In this document: one piece after another, positions 1 through 14,535 of the stretch
How positions within the stretch are numbered: position 1 is the first letter of the stretch
Layout of the letters: each line of letters starts with the position of its first letter
DNA from: Octopus vulgaris
Lineage: Eukaryota
Assembly (NCBI GenBank): GCA_951406725.2
Contig: OX597833.1
Location: 60,512,001 to 60,576,000, forward strand
Direction: 5' to 3'
DNA: 64,000 bases
Made by a program: the position numbers and the translations under genes
The notes under the pieces: model-generated
Told to the model about the DNA's origin: nothing
The model's input: the letters and a program-made list of their open reading frames with translations, nothing else
The model's database searches: none

Positions 1-1319
1 GTAAGCAGTAATCTGCTACTGATCATCATGTAAACCAGTAAAATCCAGGTTAAATTAGTGTATCAAACACTAAAGCTAACAGCTCAACCATGGTGAAGAG
101 TATAACACCCTGCAGAATGAAAAACAAGACATGTCAAAGGGTAGATGAACCCCAAAGAGTCAACAGCCATGTCATTCATCATCATCATTTAACGTCCGCT
201 TTCAATGCTAGCATGGGTTGGACGTGTGACTGAGGGCTGGCGAACCAGTTGGCTGCACCAGGCTTCAATCTTGATCTGGCAGAGTTTCTACAGCTGGATG
301 CCCTTCCTAACGCCAACGTAATTAATCTGTATATATGCATGTGCATATAATATGTATATACAAGCATATGCTAATGCACATTTACATTGATACATGTTTG
401 TAGAAATGCCTCGGTTGGGGCCTGGACACACATTAAACCACTCAGAGAAGGAAACCTCTGAATTCAAATCTCCCTTGACTTATGGTCTCAATTTAATGGA
501 CAAGGCTAGGATATGGGTCCTGATATAAAACCTGTCATGGATACAGATACTGGTTGTCCCGTTCTTGCTTGTCATTGCATATTTAATATAGACACTTAGT
601 GGGTGCAGGAATGGCTGTGTGGTTGAGAAGTTTGCTTCCAAACATATGGTTGTGGGTTCAATCCCATTGTGTAGCACCATGACCAAGTGTCTTCTATAGC
701 CCTAGGCCAACCAAAACCTTGGGTGCTGATTTGGTAGACAAAAACTGAAAGAAGCTTATGTATTTATGCATATATGCGTATAAAGGTGTGTGTGTTTTTA
801 TGTACCTTCGTCTTGACATTACATGATGGTTGTACACAAAAGTTACCCTCATGCAAGCAAAGTGGTTTGTTTCTAATCTTCCACAAAAACATGCCTAGAA
901 AGTCCTGTGATTGTGGAAATGTGGTGGCCAGTGATTTTATGTGACACCAGCACCAACAGGGTTACCGAAACACTGGTGATGGTACCACATAAAAAGCACC
1001 TAGTGTACTCTTTAAAGTGGTTGGCATTAGGAAAGGCATCCAGCTATACAAACCATGCCAAAACAGATAATGGAACCTGGAGTGGCTTCTGGCCTTGCCA
1101 GCTCTTTTCAAATCATCCAGGCCTTGCCAGCATGGAAAACAGACATTAAATGATGATATACACACACACAGATATAAATACATGCACATGACATCAATAT
1201 ATAGATACTGAGTAATACTAACTGATTAAATGATGAACATATAGCAATATGCAAGAATACACACACACATACATACATACATACATACATAAAGATTATC
1301 TGTCTATATATATATATAT

Positions 1320-1688
1320 GAGCAAAACGCCCCTTTCCAATGGACGGTGCTGAGTTGTCAAACATTTAAACCAAATTTTCTCAGAACAACTTGTCCGACC
1401 GTCCCATAGGCCTCCCCTTTGAGAAACACTGATTTAACCTAAATTTGAGACACTGTGCATTTTTCTCGCACACGCGTAGTATCGATCACAACAGCTGATG
1501 TACTTGCACGTACAAATGCACGTTCCCACAGCTTTATCAATCGCATTCTCACCAGGAATCGATTTTTGTAATTTTTTCAAGACTTATACACGCCCTGATA
1601 CCTTTGGTATCTACATATCAAATTTGAGCCGGATGGAGGATGCCCGAGATCCTAGAAGAGACAGACAGAACGGATTTTATATAATAGA
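1320..1688 (-). mobile_element. Probable Helitron-type 5' fragment
   Basis: Minus strand begins A|TCTATTATATAAAA followed by CTGTCTGTC; no CTAG end found. Confidence 0.45.
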
Positions 1689-3789
1689 TATGTGTGTGTG
1701 TGTGTGTGTGTTAATATGTATATATGTATCTGAAAAAGCTTCCTTTCTATTTATAGCAAATTAGAGATTTTAATTAGTAAGAGCAAATCTTGTCAAAACT
1801 CAGGATTGAACTAAAAACCTTTAGAACTTCTAATCCCATGCTCTCCCAACTGAATTACTTCAGTTACCTGTTAACCCTTTTGTTACAATATTTAGTTTGA
1901 GATGCTCTATGTTTCTTTCAATTATTTTAAATATAACATAATTTAGTAAAATAACTTAGTTATCATTAAGATAGTGTTAGGAACATAAATTGTGACTAAG
2001 GTTTGGTGGAAGATTTTAATTCAAAACTTATGAAAATAAGACATTTGTACTCAGAGCTAGAGCAGGATTGGTAATGACAGTAAAAAATATATTTCTATAA
2101 TTTATTATAGAAATATATTTTTACTGTCATTAAAATGAGACTTTGCTGAAGAACACTATACAAAATATATTGAAGAATGGTGAGAGAAAAGAAATCTTGA
2201 ATTTAAAAGAAAAATCATTCAAAACTGTAAAAAGTTTGCTTTGTTTCTATATTATGCTATGCATTTAATTGTTTTAGATTTGTCAGAAATCTCTATATGT
2301 ACATAAATAATAGAGCAGACAATAGTTAGGGTGACCACTCTTCTTAATATACAGAACACTTAGCATCAGACGTGTTATTGTCATTGTTTAATGACCACTT
2401 TACCATAAGTGAGACAGAGTTTACTGGGGCAGATCTTTTACAAACAGATGTTCTTCCTGTCAACAACTCTTGCCTGTTTCCAAGCAAGATATTTACCCAT
2501 GACAAGAAAAGCTTTTCATGAAAGCGCGGAAATAAATGGCACTGCTTCTATGACAGTGACACTCATTTACAACTATCACACACAATGTGTCAAGACAAGG
2601 TGTCACAAACATACACAGACACATATGTATAATGGGCTTCTTTCAGTTTCCATCTACCAAATCCACTCAAAACGCTTTGACAGAATTGTCATCATTGGAA
2701 CACATTTCATTATAGTTTTTCCATGACAACTGATCTGGGACCACACAAAAACAAACAACAATGTTTAATTGGAGCAAACAAGGGAAACCCTTTGTGTCGG
2801 TGGGCCATTTGCTAAATATGGAAGCCAAATTTCCCTAAATCACACCCTACCTTCTTAAATTCTTTCTACTATAGACACAAGGCCTGAAATTTGGGGGGAG
2901 GGGCACTTGACAATTACATCTCACCCATTGCTCAACTGGTGCATATTTCATCAACCCCAAACAGATGTAAGGCAAAATAAACCTTGGCAGAATTTGAACT
3001 CAGAACATAAAACCAGAAGAAACACCACTAAGCATTTTGTCCAGATTTCTAATAATTTTGTCAGCTCGCCATCTTCCTAACATCTTCAATCAGAGAATAG
3101 TTTCATATGTACAAACAAGATGAAATTTATTGAGACAGATTTTTCTGCAGTCATATGCCCCTTTCTGTCACCAAATCTCACTTATTTTCAAGCAAGGTAA
3201 TATTACCACATGGCCAAGCATATCCTTGCAGAATATTTGTAGTGAATGGCACTCCTTGAAAGACAGTCATTTTACAATTATCATGTGATGTCAAAACAAG
3301 GACACACATACGCTACAGACACAAACAATTATAATCGTTATCATGGTAAAATTTGCTATATGTCTTATATATATATATATATATATACTTGACAATAATG
3401 TTATGGGGTTGACATATGCATGTGTGTGTATTTGTGTTATATATATATATATATATATATATGTACATGTGTTTGTGAATGTATGCATACAAGTGTGTGT
3501 ATATTATACATGCATATTTACATACACACACAGGCATCTCTCTACCAAATCTGCTTCTTTCTTTCAAATCCACTCACAGGGCTTCAGTCAGCCTAAGATA
3601 ATAGAAGACACTTGCCTAAGGTACCACATAGTGGGACTGAACTCACTACCATGTGGTTGGAATCAAACTTCTTAATCGCACAGCAATGCAGTGTGTGGGT
3701 ACAAATATAAACACATCAATATATAAATATAATAAATATAGGCATAATTATACAGATTCACACACATAATTATATGTGTGTTTGTGTGT

Positions 3790-3844
<55 letters not shown>

Positions 3845-4094
3845 TATATAGATGGGAAGGAGAAGGGAAGAACTGCAGTGGGGCCCCACTGTTAGAGAAA
3901 CAACAATGTTGTGAAGAAACTGTCTCTAAGATGCATCAAATCTATGCAACACGTGATACCACGAATATTACCCCCATTGCTACATCTACTATCACCATCA
4001 TCATCACACACACACACACACAAAAAAACAAACTTTGTTTATTAATTCTACAAAAACTATAACATAACAGGATGTGTGCTTGTGTGTGTGTATG

Positions 4095-4138
<44 letters not shown>

Positions 4139-5084
4139 ACAAGTGCACGCCTCGTGTGTTAATGTGTACATATATATATATATATATAAATATATATACA
4201 TACACACGCACACTTGTATCCACCCACACACCCACACATACCACGTGTTTGTGTAGAAAATGGGATGGTAAAGCTAGGAGGCGATGATGAGAGCATCTAG
4301 GTGGTTGCTAATCGTACTAGAAATAGCAGCCAAATTTCCCTCAAATCACACCCTACTGTCTTAAAGAAATACATTTGAGAATGTGAAATGCAATACACAT
4401 CGCACACAGTGGAATAGATGAATTGCGAAAATAAAGTATCGTAAAACAGTAGAAAAAAAATAAGGCCATGTTTTTGATACTGCCACACCTCCTCATGTAG
4501 ACTGACCTCATAGTATCACTACACACAAGAAATAACAACCAAATTTTCCAAGGCATGGCTGCGTGATAAGAAGTCTGCTTCCCAGCCACATGGTCCTGGG
4601 TTCAGTCCCACAGCATGACACTTTGAGCAAGTGTCTACTATATACTTCTTTATTGCCCACAAGGGGCTAAACATAGAGGGGACAAACGGATTAAGTCAAT
4701 TACATCGACCCCAGTGCGTAACTGGTACTTAATTTATCGACCCCAAAAGGATGAAAGGCAAAGTTGACCTCGGCAGAATTTGAACTCAGAACGTAACGGC
4801 TATGCATTTCGCCCGGTGTGCTAACGTTTCTGCCATCTCGCCACCTTATAGTGTCTACTATAGCCTCGGGACAACCAAAACCTTCTTAGTAGATTTAACA
4901 GACAGAAACTGAAAGAAGCCCATTGTATGTGTGTGTGTGTCTTTGTCTCTCCCCCCCACCCACTGCTTGACAACCGGTGTTGGTGTGTTTATGTCACCAT
5001 AACTCAGCAGTTTAGCAAGAGACCAACAGATTAAATATCAATTTGAAAAAAAGAAAAATTTTCATTTGAGTAAAAAAAATTTTA

Positions 5085-5246
5085 GGCGCAGGAGTGGCTG
5101 TGTGGTAAGTAGCTTGTTTACCAACCACATGGTTCTGGGTTCAGTCCCACTGCATGGCACCTTAGGCAAGTGTCTTCTACTATAGCCTCGGACCAACCAA
5201 AGCCTTGTGAGTGAATTTGGTAGACGGAAACTGAAAGAAGCCCGTC

Positions 5247-5281
<35 letters not shown>

Positions 5282-5498
5282 TGTGTGTTTGTGTGTCTGT
5301 GTTTGTCCCCCTAGCATTGCTTGACAACCGATGCTGGTGTGTTTATGTCCCCGTTACTTAGTGGTTCGGCAAAAAGAGACCGATAGAATAAGTACTGGGC
5401 TTACAAAAAGAATAAGGCCCAGGGTCGAGTTGCTCGATTAAAGGTGGTGCTCCAGCATGGCCGCAGTCAAATGTCTGAAACAAGTAAAAGAGTAAAAG
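5085..5498 (+). mobile_element. High-copy tRNA/CORE-like SINE family A; other copies at about 12455-13060(-), 15273-15713(+), 15934-16329(-), 17700-18040(+), 27835-28215(+), 43285-43665(-), 53260-53632(-) plus partials
   Basis: Recurrent GGCGCAGGAGTGGCTGTGTGGTAAG...GGTTCAGTCCCACTG, CORE-like CACCTTGGGCAAGTG, internal (TA)n(TG)n and GTAAAAGA tail. Confidence 0.9.
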
Positions 5499-6199
5499 GC
5501 GGTGCCCCAGCACGGCCACAGTCTGATGACTGAAGCATGTAAAAGATAAATCTTTCAATCATGGTTTGCTGGATCAGGCCTGACCTGGGGCTAAACAGCA
5601 ATAGCTATAACAACAGTACACACCACAGATATTAATGGGTCTTGAGATTGTCCACGTTGCTGACAAGGAATAGTGGGAGAAGATGACATGTGAACCCTAA
5701 CACTCAGTGTTCGGTGGTAAGATGAAAATATTACACCACCACCGCTACCACCTTACCCTATAACAAGAGTGAATCACATGAAACAAACAACATCAAAAAG
5801 TGTTGTTGTTGGTGGTGATGATGATGATGATGATGATGAAGGGAGGTTTTCTAAGAAACCTTATCCCTCCTTCCTTTCCTCCTCACATTGCAAACCTCTG
5901 TACCCACCCACCCCTCAGGAAATACACTGAAGAGGGGTGGCGGGGGGGAAACTAGGGCTGTGTGTGTGTGTATATATGCAATGTGTACACACACTGCGAA
6001 GCATGTGGGTGGGGATTATGTAATTTACATGTCACTTGGTGATGATTGTTGTTGTTGTTGTTAGTGTTGATGTTGTTAACGAGTTGTGTAGTAGACGTCA
6101 TGGTATCATTTAATGAACAAGAGACGGTTTATGACACAAAGGTTGTGGGGCTGGTCGTGGGGTACAGATGCACTAATCACAGCCTTTGTGTGTGTGTGT

Positions 6200-6231
<32 letters not shown>

Positions 6232-6279
6232 GTACACACACACTACACAGATGTACATGTGCGTCTTTAGCTCTGCAAT

Positions 6280-6324
<45 letters not shown>

Positions 6325-6399
6325 ATATATATATGTGTGTGTGTATATATATATGTGTGTGTATATATATATATGTGTGTGTATATATATGTGTGTGTG

Positions 6400-6446
<47 letters not shown>

Positions 6447-7065
6447 GTGTGTGTGTGTGTATGTGTATATATATATATATATATATATAAGATGCCAAAG
6501 AACAAAGGAAGATGACATTAAATATTTAAATTACAAAACTTTTTGTTAAGAAAAAAAGGTTTCACAGCACCGCAACTATCACATTACACCTCTAGACCAC
6601 CACCACACATCATTACACTATACAACCACAACTGCATCACACTACCATTATACCACTACGCCCCACACCATCACCATCTTGTATTTTCACCTCCAAGTAA
6701 ACCGCCCCTTCCCGCCACCCTTACCGTTTCTTTTTTTTCTAATTTCAATGTAATATTTACTAATGGATCAAAATGAAGATTAAAGAGGGTAAGGTGGTGG
6801 TGGTGGTTGGTTGGTTTGGTGTTGGTGATGTGTTGTTGGAAAGGGGGGTGGTTGTGTTGATGGCTGTGGTGATGTGGTTGTTGTTGTTGGTGGTGGTGGT
6901 GGTGGTGGTGGTGGTAATGATGGTTGTGGCGATGATTTGCTGATTGCGATGATGGTGGTGGTGAGGAGAACATCAGCAGGAGCGGCTTGAAACAAACAAG
7001 AGAACAAGATTACATGGAAGAAATCAAAACAAACAAAATGGCTGCCAGCGATTAACGGTAGAGGT

Positions 7066-7101
<36 letters not shown>

Positions 7102-7535
7102 TGTGAGCTACAGAGAGAGAGAGAGAGACAGACAGAGAAAGAGAGAGAGAGGGAGGGAGGGAGACGATTAGGTTTTAAGAAGATAGAGAAATCTTTCAGC
7201 AATGGGGAAATATCGTGATAATGATGATGATGATGATAGCTGTGGTGGGAGAAGTGGGAGAGAGAGAGGATCTTGGAGGAGAAAGGAGAAATTATACACA
7301 CTCCCTGTATGTTGTAGTAGAAGATAGAGAGAGAGAGAGTGTGTGTGTGTGTGTGTGTGTGTATGCACAGAGAGAGAGAGTAAGATGTAACAAATCTGTA
7401 AAGCGAAAACAAAGAGAAGTGAAGAATAAAGAAGGCAGAGAGGAAGGGAGGTGGTAGTTCTTTAAGAACGTCAAAAGGAAAACAAAGGAAATATTAAAGA
7501 GGTGTGATGATGGCTTGTCGAAGGAAATGCCAGTC

Positions 7536-7584
<49 letters not shown>

Positions 7585-8509
7585 TATATTACATATATGT
7601 GTGTGTGTAATTTTGGTGGTTGCAAAGAGAGTTAAGCAGCTGTGATTTTTAAAAGGCCCATGCACAAAGATTACAGCTGGCTGACCACACATACATTATA
7701 TATTCATACACACACACACACACAAATATATGTATATGTGTATACAACGATGTATGGGGGGGGGGGGAAAGAGATATGTACAAGCTTATAGATTAATCCA
7801 GGTTTATGAAATGTGTATGAGAGATAAGTACATTTGACAGGAAGACCACTGCATACACACTTATTTCTAGATGTATAGATCAAAATACAAGATTAAACCA
7901 ATATATTATACATACTACCAATTGTACGTTATACCTATATACACTAAGTTTCCCTAATCATAATATAAGCATATTAAAGTGTGTATACACCCACACAACT
8001 TGAGAGTATATTTGTGTGTATACACAATTTTAAATTATACCCACAATACACACATCCAACTTAATATTTAAACACCCTAATGCAAATATATATATATATA
8101 TAATGCGCACATATATACACACACATTCATATCTTTGTATATATACATCACGATATATATATATATACATATGCACGTACTCCTAATTTATACGTGCATA
8201 TCAGACATTTACATCTTTATATATAAACACCAAATCTTGAAATATATACACGATACACATCATATATACACAGACATCTTTGTGTACACACACATTTATA
8301 TACATATATTACACACATACATCTTGATATATAAGGATTAGAGAGGAAATTAATTAAGACGAGATGGAGACCACATTACACAGCTCAAAGCAAACCCGTG
8401 TACAACATAGAGTAATATTTAATAGGGAAATATATGTAGAATGTTTGGTAGGTGTATATACATCATATATATATATATAAATATTGCTGTATATATTATG
8501 TATACTTAC

Positions 8510-9039
8510 TTATCTTCGAATGACCGCTTCCACCAGTCTGAGGCATCACTTTTGGTGATGCGGAAATTGTCTCCAGCGAAACTGCCGTTTGGATAAATGG
8601 CCTTTAACTCTGCCAGCATGTGAGAGAAGACCAGAGACAGTTTGGTAAGGTTTCGCCTGTAGTACGACTGCTCGTCGAACATTTTCTCTTTACCATCTTT
8701 AAATAGGTTGATGGTAGCCTTACATTTGTTCATTAGGTTCTCGATGAAGATGCGGAAATATTCGCACTCGTTCAGTGTGTGTAGTTTATCGTCGTACTTG
8801 GAACAGACCAGCTTCAGATGTTGATAAGTGTCCGGTAAAATGTCTAGTATAAATGGTGGGCTATTGCGTAGGTTCATGCGAGGCTGCTGGCACTGTTTTA
8901 CCACTTTATCCATCAGTTTCCATGATTTCTCGATGGTTTTCTTATCGACAACCAGTTTAGGGGGTCCAAGAGCACCTTGGATGCGGTTAATAAAGCCGCT
9001 GAAGTTGTGCGTGTTCCAAGCCTTCGACGGCAGCGCCAT
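8510..9039 (-). CDS. CBL: E3 ubiquitin-protein ligase Cbl family, first coding exon (TKB four-helix bundle and start of EF-hand); gene continues left of the window
   Basis: Translation MALPSK...[36 protein letters not shown]...[21 protein letters not shown]...[16 protein letters not shown] matches Cbl_N motifs. ATG context CAAAATGG. GTAAGT donor at 8509-8504 (phase 2), so the ORF-track stop is intronic. Confidence 0.96.
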
Positions 9040-9552
9040 TTTGATTATCTTCCTGTTATTTTTTTTATTTTTTTGTTTTTTGTTTTTTTATTTGTTGTTG
9101 TTGTTGTTGGTTTCGGGCTACCTCGTTCCTACAGAGCCGGCACCGTTTCCCAGCTTCCCCCGCACGAGAGAGACACACACTCACACTCGTACTTCTACTG
9201 CGATGACTTAATATCGCTAGAAAAAGTGGAGAGAGAGCCTAAAGCCACTCGACATACACACAATCTATTATTACTCTCTCACTCTCTCACACACAAACAC
9301 ACACTCTATTATTCTCTCTCTCAATCTATCTCTTACACAGTCTATACTACACGCTCACTCACTCACTATCATTTTATCACTTTCGCATACACTCTACATA
9401 TACTCTTTCTCTATCACACACAAAAGGCTATATTATATACTCTCTATCTCACTCTATTATACTCTCACTGTATCTCTTTCTCATGCACTCTCCCTATCTC
9501 TCATACTCACACACAGACTCTATATTATACTCACACTCTCACACACACCCTT

Positions 9553-9584
<32 letters not shown>

Positions 9585-10150
9585 TCACGGACTATATTAT
9601 ACTCATACTACACAGTACACGCGCACACACACCTATATATACATAGCCCGATCTATATACACATACATACATACAGTTTACAGTAAATACAAGTGCAGAG
9701 AAACTATAGAGACTGCATGCCAGCACACACACACATATACACTCACTCTCACACACAATCTAGTTAATATTTAAACGCCAGACACACGGATATATATACA
9801 TACATAATACATAAACTACACACGCCCAACAGACGTATATATACATACACAAATATACACCCACACACTCACCAACACATTATAGCGACATGTTGCTTAT
9901 TATAAAGTACTTAGCCTTGATTTCAAATGCTGCTCCGACCAAATATTAAAACTGGGTTTCTTTTATGCCATTTACGTGTCCAAAATTTGGCAGGAATATT
10001 AGTTTTTTACTCCGTTCGTTTGTCTGTTTTGGACCGTTTCAAGCCAATATATCGTTGTTGGCCATTTTTGTAATTCAACTACACCGAGTGTGTGTGTGAA
10101 TGTATGGTGCGCTGAGAGAAATCATAAGAGGGGAAACGAGCAGGAAAGCC
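9040..10150 (-). promoter_or_regulatory. Probable CBL 5' UTR and proximal promoter
   Basis: Retroposon-free stretch directly upstream of the CBL ATG, with more CpG around 9930-10150 and a YY1-like AAAATGGCC at ~10060-10068 (minus). The start site cannot be placed from sequence alone. Confidence 0.4.
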
Positions 10151-10334
10151 AGTATTCTTACTACAACTCGACACCTCTCTCTCTTGGCTTCACCAAACCA
10201 CTCCTGTTCTCTCCGTTTTATCTAACAAATAACCAACTCGCGCCTCACTCTGTTCTTCCTCTTTCCCTCTCTATTCCCCACTAATCATCTCTCTCTTTGC
10301 CATTCACCAGTTCACAGACTCTCTCTCTCTCTCT

Positions 10335-10640
10335 CTCTCATTCTCTTCCCGGTTCTCTTTTACTCTCTTTGTCATTCATCAAATCACTCTCTCCTACGCC
10401 CTCTTTCTTTCTCTCTCTCTTTCTCTTCCCCGTTCTCTTTTACTCTCTTTGTCATTCATCAAATCACTCTCTCCTATGCCCTCTTTCTTTCTCTCTCTCT
10501 TTCTCTTCCCGGTTCTCTTTTACTCTCTTTGTCATTCATCAAATCACTCTCTCTCTCTCTCATTCTCTTCCCATTTCTCTTTTACTCTCTTTGTCATTCA
10601 TCAAATCACTCTCTCCTACGCCCTCTTTCTTTCTCTCTCC
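10335..10640. repeat. Pyrimidine-rich tandem repeat, 4 copies
   Basis: GTCATTCATCAAATCACTCTC recurs at 10371, 10451, 10531 and 10593 (spacing 80, 80, 62). Confidence 0.85.
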
Positions 10641-11229
10641 CTCTCTGCATTCACCTAGTCACTCTCTCCCTCCTACTCTCATTCTGCAAACAACTCACTT
10701 CCTTCGCACTATTTTATCTAGTCTCCCTCTCTCACTCTTCCTTTTCCTTTTCTTTCATTGTACACATTTCCTCTCTCTCTCTCTCTCTCCATTTATCGTT
10801 TCTCTTTCTCTTCCTCTCTCACCCTCACTTCTTCCTTTAACACTTGCTCTCACTAATTTCCTCACCTTTTCTTCCTCACTCACTTTCTTCCCTCTCAATG
10901 CCTTTATCACTATTCTCTCTGTTCCTATAACTCACGCTATTTTATTCTCTTTTTCTCCCTTCCTCTGCATCATCCCCTCCTCTCCATCTTCAATATATTT
11001 CACATCCCTTCTTCCTATAAACTCGAGTTTTAGGCTGTTTGGCTGCTACACATCTTCTGGCCATCTTTTCACTTTTTCAAACACGTTTCTTCACTGACCA
11101 CCGACCACTTTGGCAGTCTCCCTAATTTCTCTCTTTCTCTTTCTCTATCTCTATCTCTCTCTAGCCTTCTCTCTTTCACTATGTTTTCTCCTAGTCTTTA
11201 TCTGCCTCTTCCTCTCTCTTTCTCCCCCC

Positions 11230-11260
<31 letters not shown>

Positions 11261-11846
11261 CTCTCAGCGCTCTCATAACTCTCCCTCAATCTACATCTTT
11301 ATCCATTATTCTTGCCTGAGAGAAAGTTTTAAATCTTCATCGCCAATATTCTTCAATTCCTCGACATGTGACCTTTCTGGTTTCTTGCTTCCATCTTCTG
11401 TTGGTGCCTCGTTCTTCTCGCGTATCTGATCCAGTCGACATCTGATCTCAGAGCCGTCCCAGCATTTGACCACCTGGTCTTTCATATAGTCTCACTGTAT
11501 CTGCAGCAGAATTATGTAATACACATTTTCTTTACATGGTAGGGAACTATATTTAAACGAGATTTTACTGCAAGTGTCCATCTACAGGTTTCCTCTTCTC
11601 CGTATAGTAAAAAAGAACGTTAGAAATGGTAAAAATGGTGGGGAACCAACATGGAAGTTTTGTCCCGCTGCTCTCAGACTCGGAATATCGGCATCTTTCG
11701 ATTGTTGCATTTACATGTACAATAATGAAAAGATCGCTTAAATTTCTGACTTTGGCACATATCCGCTAAGGTGGGGCTGCGATATAATCGAATGAAGTGA
11801 ACCTAATACAGCACTGGTATGGACATACCTACTTAATTGTGCCCCT

Positions 11847-12226
11847 CCCCCATCGACTTTGTTTCCTCATAACTTTAAGAAAAATACGCATTGTTTAATG
11901 AAATTTTCGACAAATACTTGTCAGATGATGTAGGTTCCGATTATATCGGAATTTAATGTGAATAAAAAAAGACTGGTCGATGCGCTCGCATATATACTGA
12001 CATCGCATAATATACCTTCAAAATGTTGTTTCATTTTGTAGGTATATATGTCATGTGTCAATATATATATGTATGCGTACCTATCAATGTTGTTGGCTTT
12101 TTTTTTTTTTTTTGCATTAAATTCCCATATAATTGTAATCTACACAATCTGAACGGTATATGTAGAAAAATTCATTTACAAATATACATTTTTGTGAAAG
12201 TTATGAGGAAACAAAGTCGGTGGGGG
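11847..12226. mobile_element. MITE/fold-back element with ~120-bp imperfect terminal inverted repeats
   Basis: CCCCCATCGACTTTGTTTCCTCATAACTTT... mirrored by ...AAAGTTATGAGGAAACAAAGTCGGTGGGGG. Confidence 0.75.
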
Positions 12227-12708
12227 AAATACTTGTGAAGCTATGCCAATGTATGGACCCTCAGCCCACGAGAGATAACCGACAGAGATTCGGGATCTTT
12301 TCACTTTCGTAGCCTGAGGGCAGATTTTTCTAGTTAACTAAATAATTTGAAACTTCGTATACTGGTAGAGTGTCTCAAAAGAAAACAATAATTTCAACTA
12401 GTTTTTTTGACAAAAATGTATTTTATAAGTTTAAACGTTCAGTATATTTTATGTTTTTACTTGTTTCAGCCATTAGACTGCGGCCATGCTGGGGCACCAC
12501 TTGGAGGAAGAATTTTTAATCGAATAAATCGACTTCAGTAATTATTTTAAAACCTGGAACTTATTCTATTGGTCTCTTTTACCGAACGGCCAAGTAGCGG
12601 GTCGTAAACACACCAACACCGATTTCAAGCGGTCGTAGGGGACAATGACACACACACATATACACATATATCGGCTTTAATAAACAGTATATATATATAT
12701 ACAGATAG

Positions 12709-12765
<57 letters not shown>

Positions 12766-12790
12766 GATATATATAGACAGACAGACAGAC

Positions 12791-12895
<105 letters not shown>

Positions 12896-14499
12896 CACGA
12901 CAGGCTTCTTTCAGTTTCCGTCTGCCAAATCCACTTACAAGGCTTCGGTCGGCCCGAGGCTGTAACACAAGACACTTGCCGAAAATGTCACTGAATGGGA
13001 CACCAGAACCCGGTACCATGTAGTTGGGAAGCAAGTTTCTTACCACACAGCCGCGCCTGCTGCACCTACTAGGTGCAGGCGTATGTCTTGTATGTCAACG
13101 TATGAGATCAAATACTATGAGACATTTGTAGTCTGCTGAGCTTTCCCTTTTTTGTTCTCTCATCTTCTTTCTACCCCCATCTTCCAATTTCTTTCTTCCG
13201 GTCAATAAAACAGATTTGTTAAGGTCGCTCGTCCTGCTAGAAAAAAACCCTCTAAAGTGTCTTTTATAAGGAAGGACACATTGGACAACATAATCCTAGA
13301 TATATTGAACACGAGATAATCCGACTAGAATAGCTTTGATAATATGACTGGTCGCTATTATGAGCTGTCCTAGGGCGAAACAACATCACCGATTTTATTT
13401 TCATCTGTCTTAGAAATTCTCAATCTTAAATGTTGTTAAAGGCAGTCCTGGTTGAGCTGATCTATGACCAAACGCATTCCAGCCATGACCATCCCATATT
13501 TGAGCATATCTAGGACAAGTGTATGTCTGTCTAGACTGGAAGTGAAGTGTGTCTCAGCTGTTTATTGGAGTATGGGTGTGTGTGTGACACACAGTGTGTC
13601 TGTGTATCTCCATAATGAGTGTGTGTATGTGTGTGGTGTGCGTGTGTGTCTATGCTGTGTATGTGTAGACTTTTTGGAACCAAAGCACATCCCCCCTTCC
13701 GACACCCCACCACTCCACCGGCACCTGTTTCTGAAGTCCTAATTGCAATAAAGCGAGAGTGCCATGGATGCTGAGTCTGACGTGACCGGGACGACAGAAA
13801 GTGTGTGGTTGGGGGGGGGGGGAGCAGGGGAGAGAACCGAAAGAGAGGAGAAAGTTTGGAAGGGAAGGGAAAAGGAGAGGGGGAAAGAAAAGGAAAGTTG
13901 AGGAGAGGAAGAAATAAAGAAGTTGCACAACAGAAACCGAAAAAGAAGAACGAAAGCTAAATAGAAGGAAAGAAGGTGGATAAGGAAACGAGAAAGAGAG
14001 AGAGAGAGAAGCGATGAAAGAAGTGGTTTTTAGTGTTGATGGTTTAGAAGGAATAAATTGGGTGAGTGACTCTTTAAGAATTCCCCCCTCGTGGGGTGGC
14101 TAGTAGAAAATTGATAGCAAACTGTTTGGGTGCTTGGCTGTCTGCGTGAGTATATATATCAGTTCATTTATTTGTTTATAAAGTTAGTGGGTGGATACAC
14201 GAACACACACACACGCATGCACACACACACAATACATACATACATATATAGATGTGGTTGTCTGTGTTTCCCCCCCACCACCACCACCACCACCATCATC
14301 GTCGCTTGACGACCGATGTTGGTGTGTTTACGTCCCCGTAACTTAGCGGTTCGGCACAAGAGACTGATAGAATAAGTACCAGGCTTACAAAGAATAAGTC
14401 CTGGGGTCGATTTGTTCGACTAAAGGCGGTGCTCCAGTATGGCCACAGTCAGATGAATGAAACAAATAAAAGAGTAATATATATGTATATGTGTGTGTG

Positions 14500-14535
<36 letters not shown>

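Noticed and set aside
6671-7457. His/Pro/Thr-rich ORFs inside the CBL intron, with a YY1-like AAAATGGCTGCC near 7035
   Set aside because: Derived from (GGT)n and (GA)n tracts; no convincing splice sites or Cbl similarity, and one short motif does not establish a promoter.
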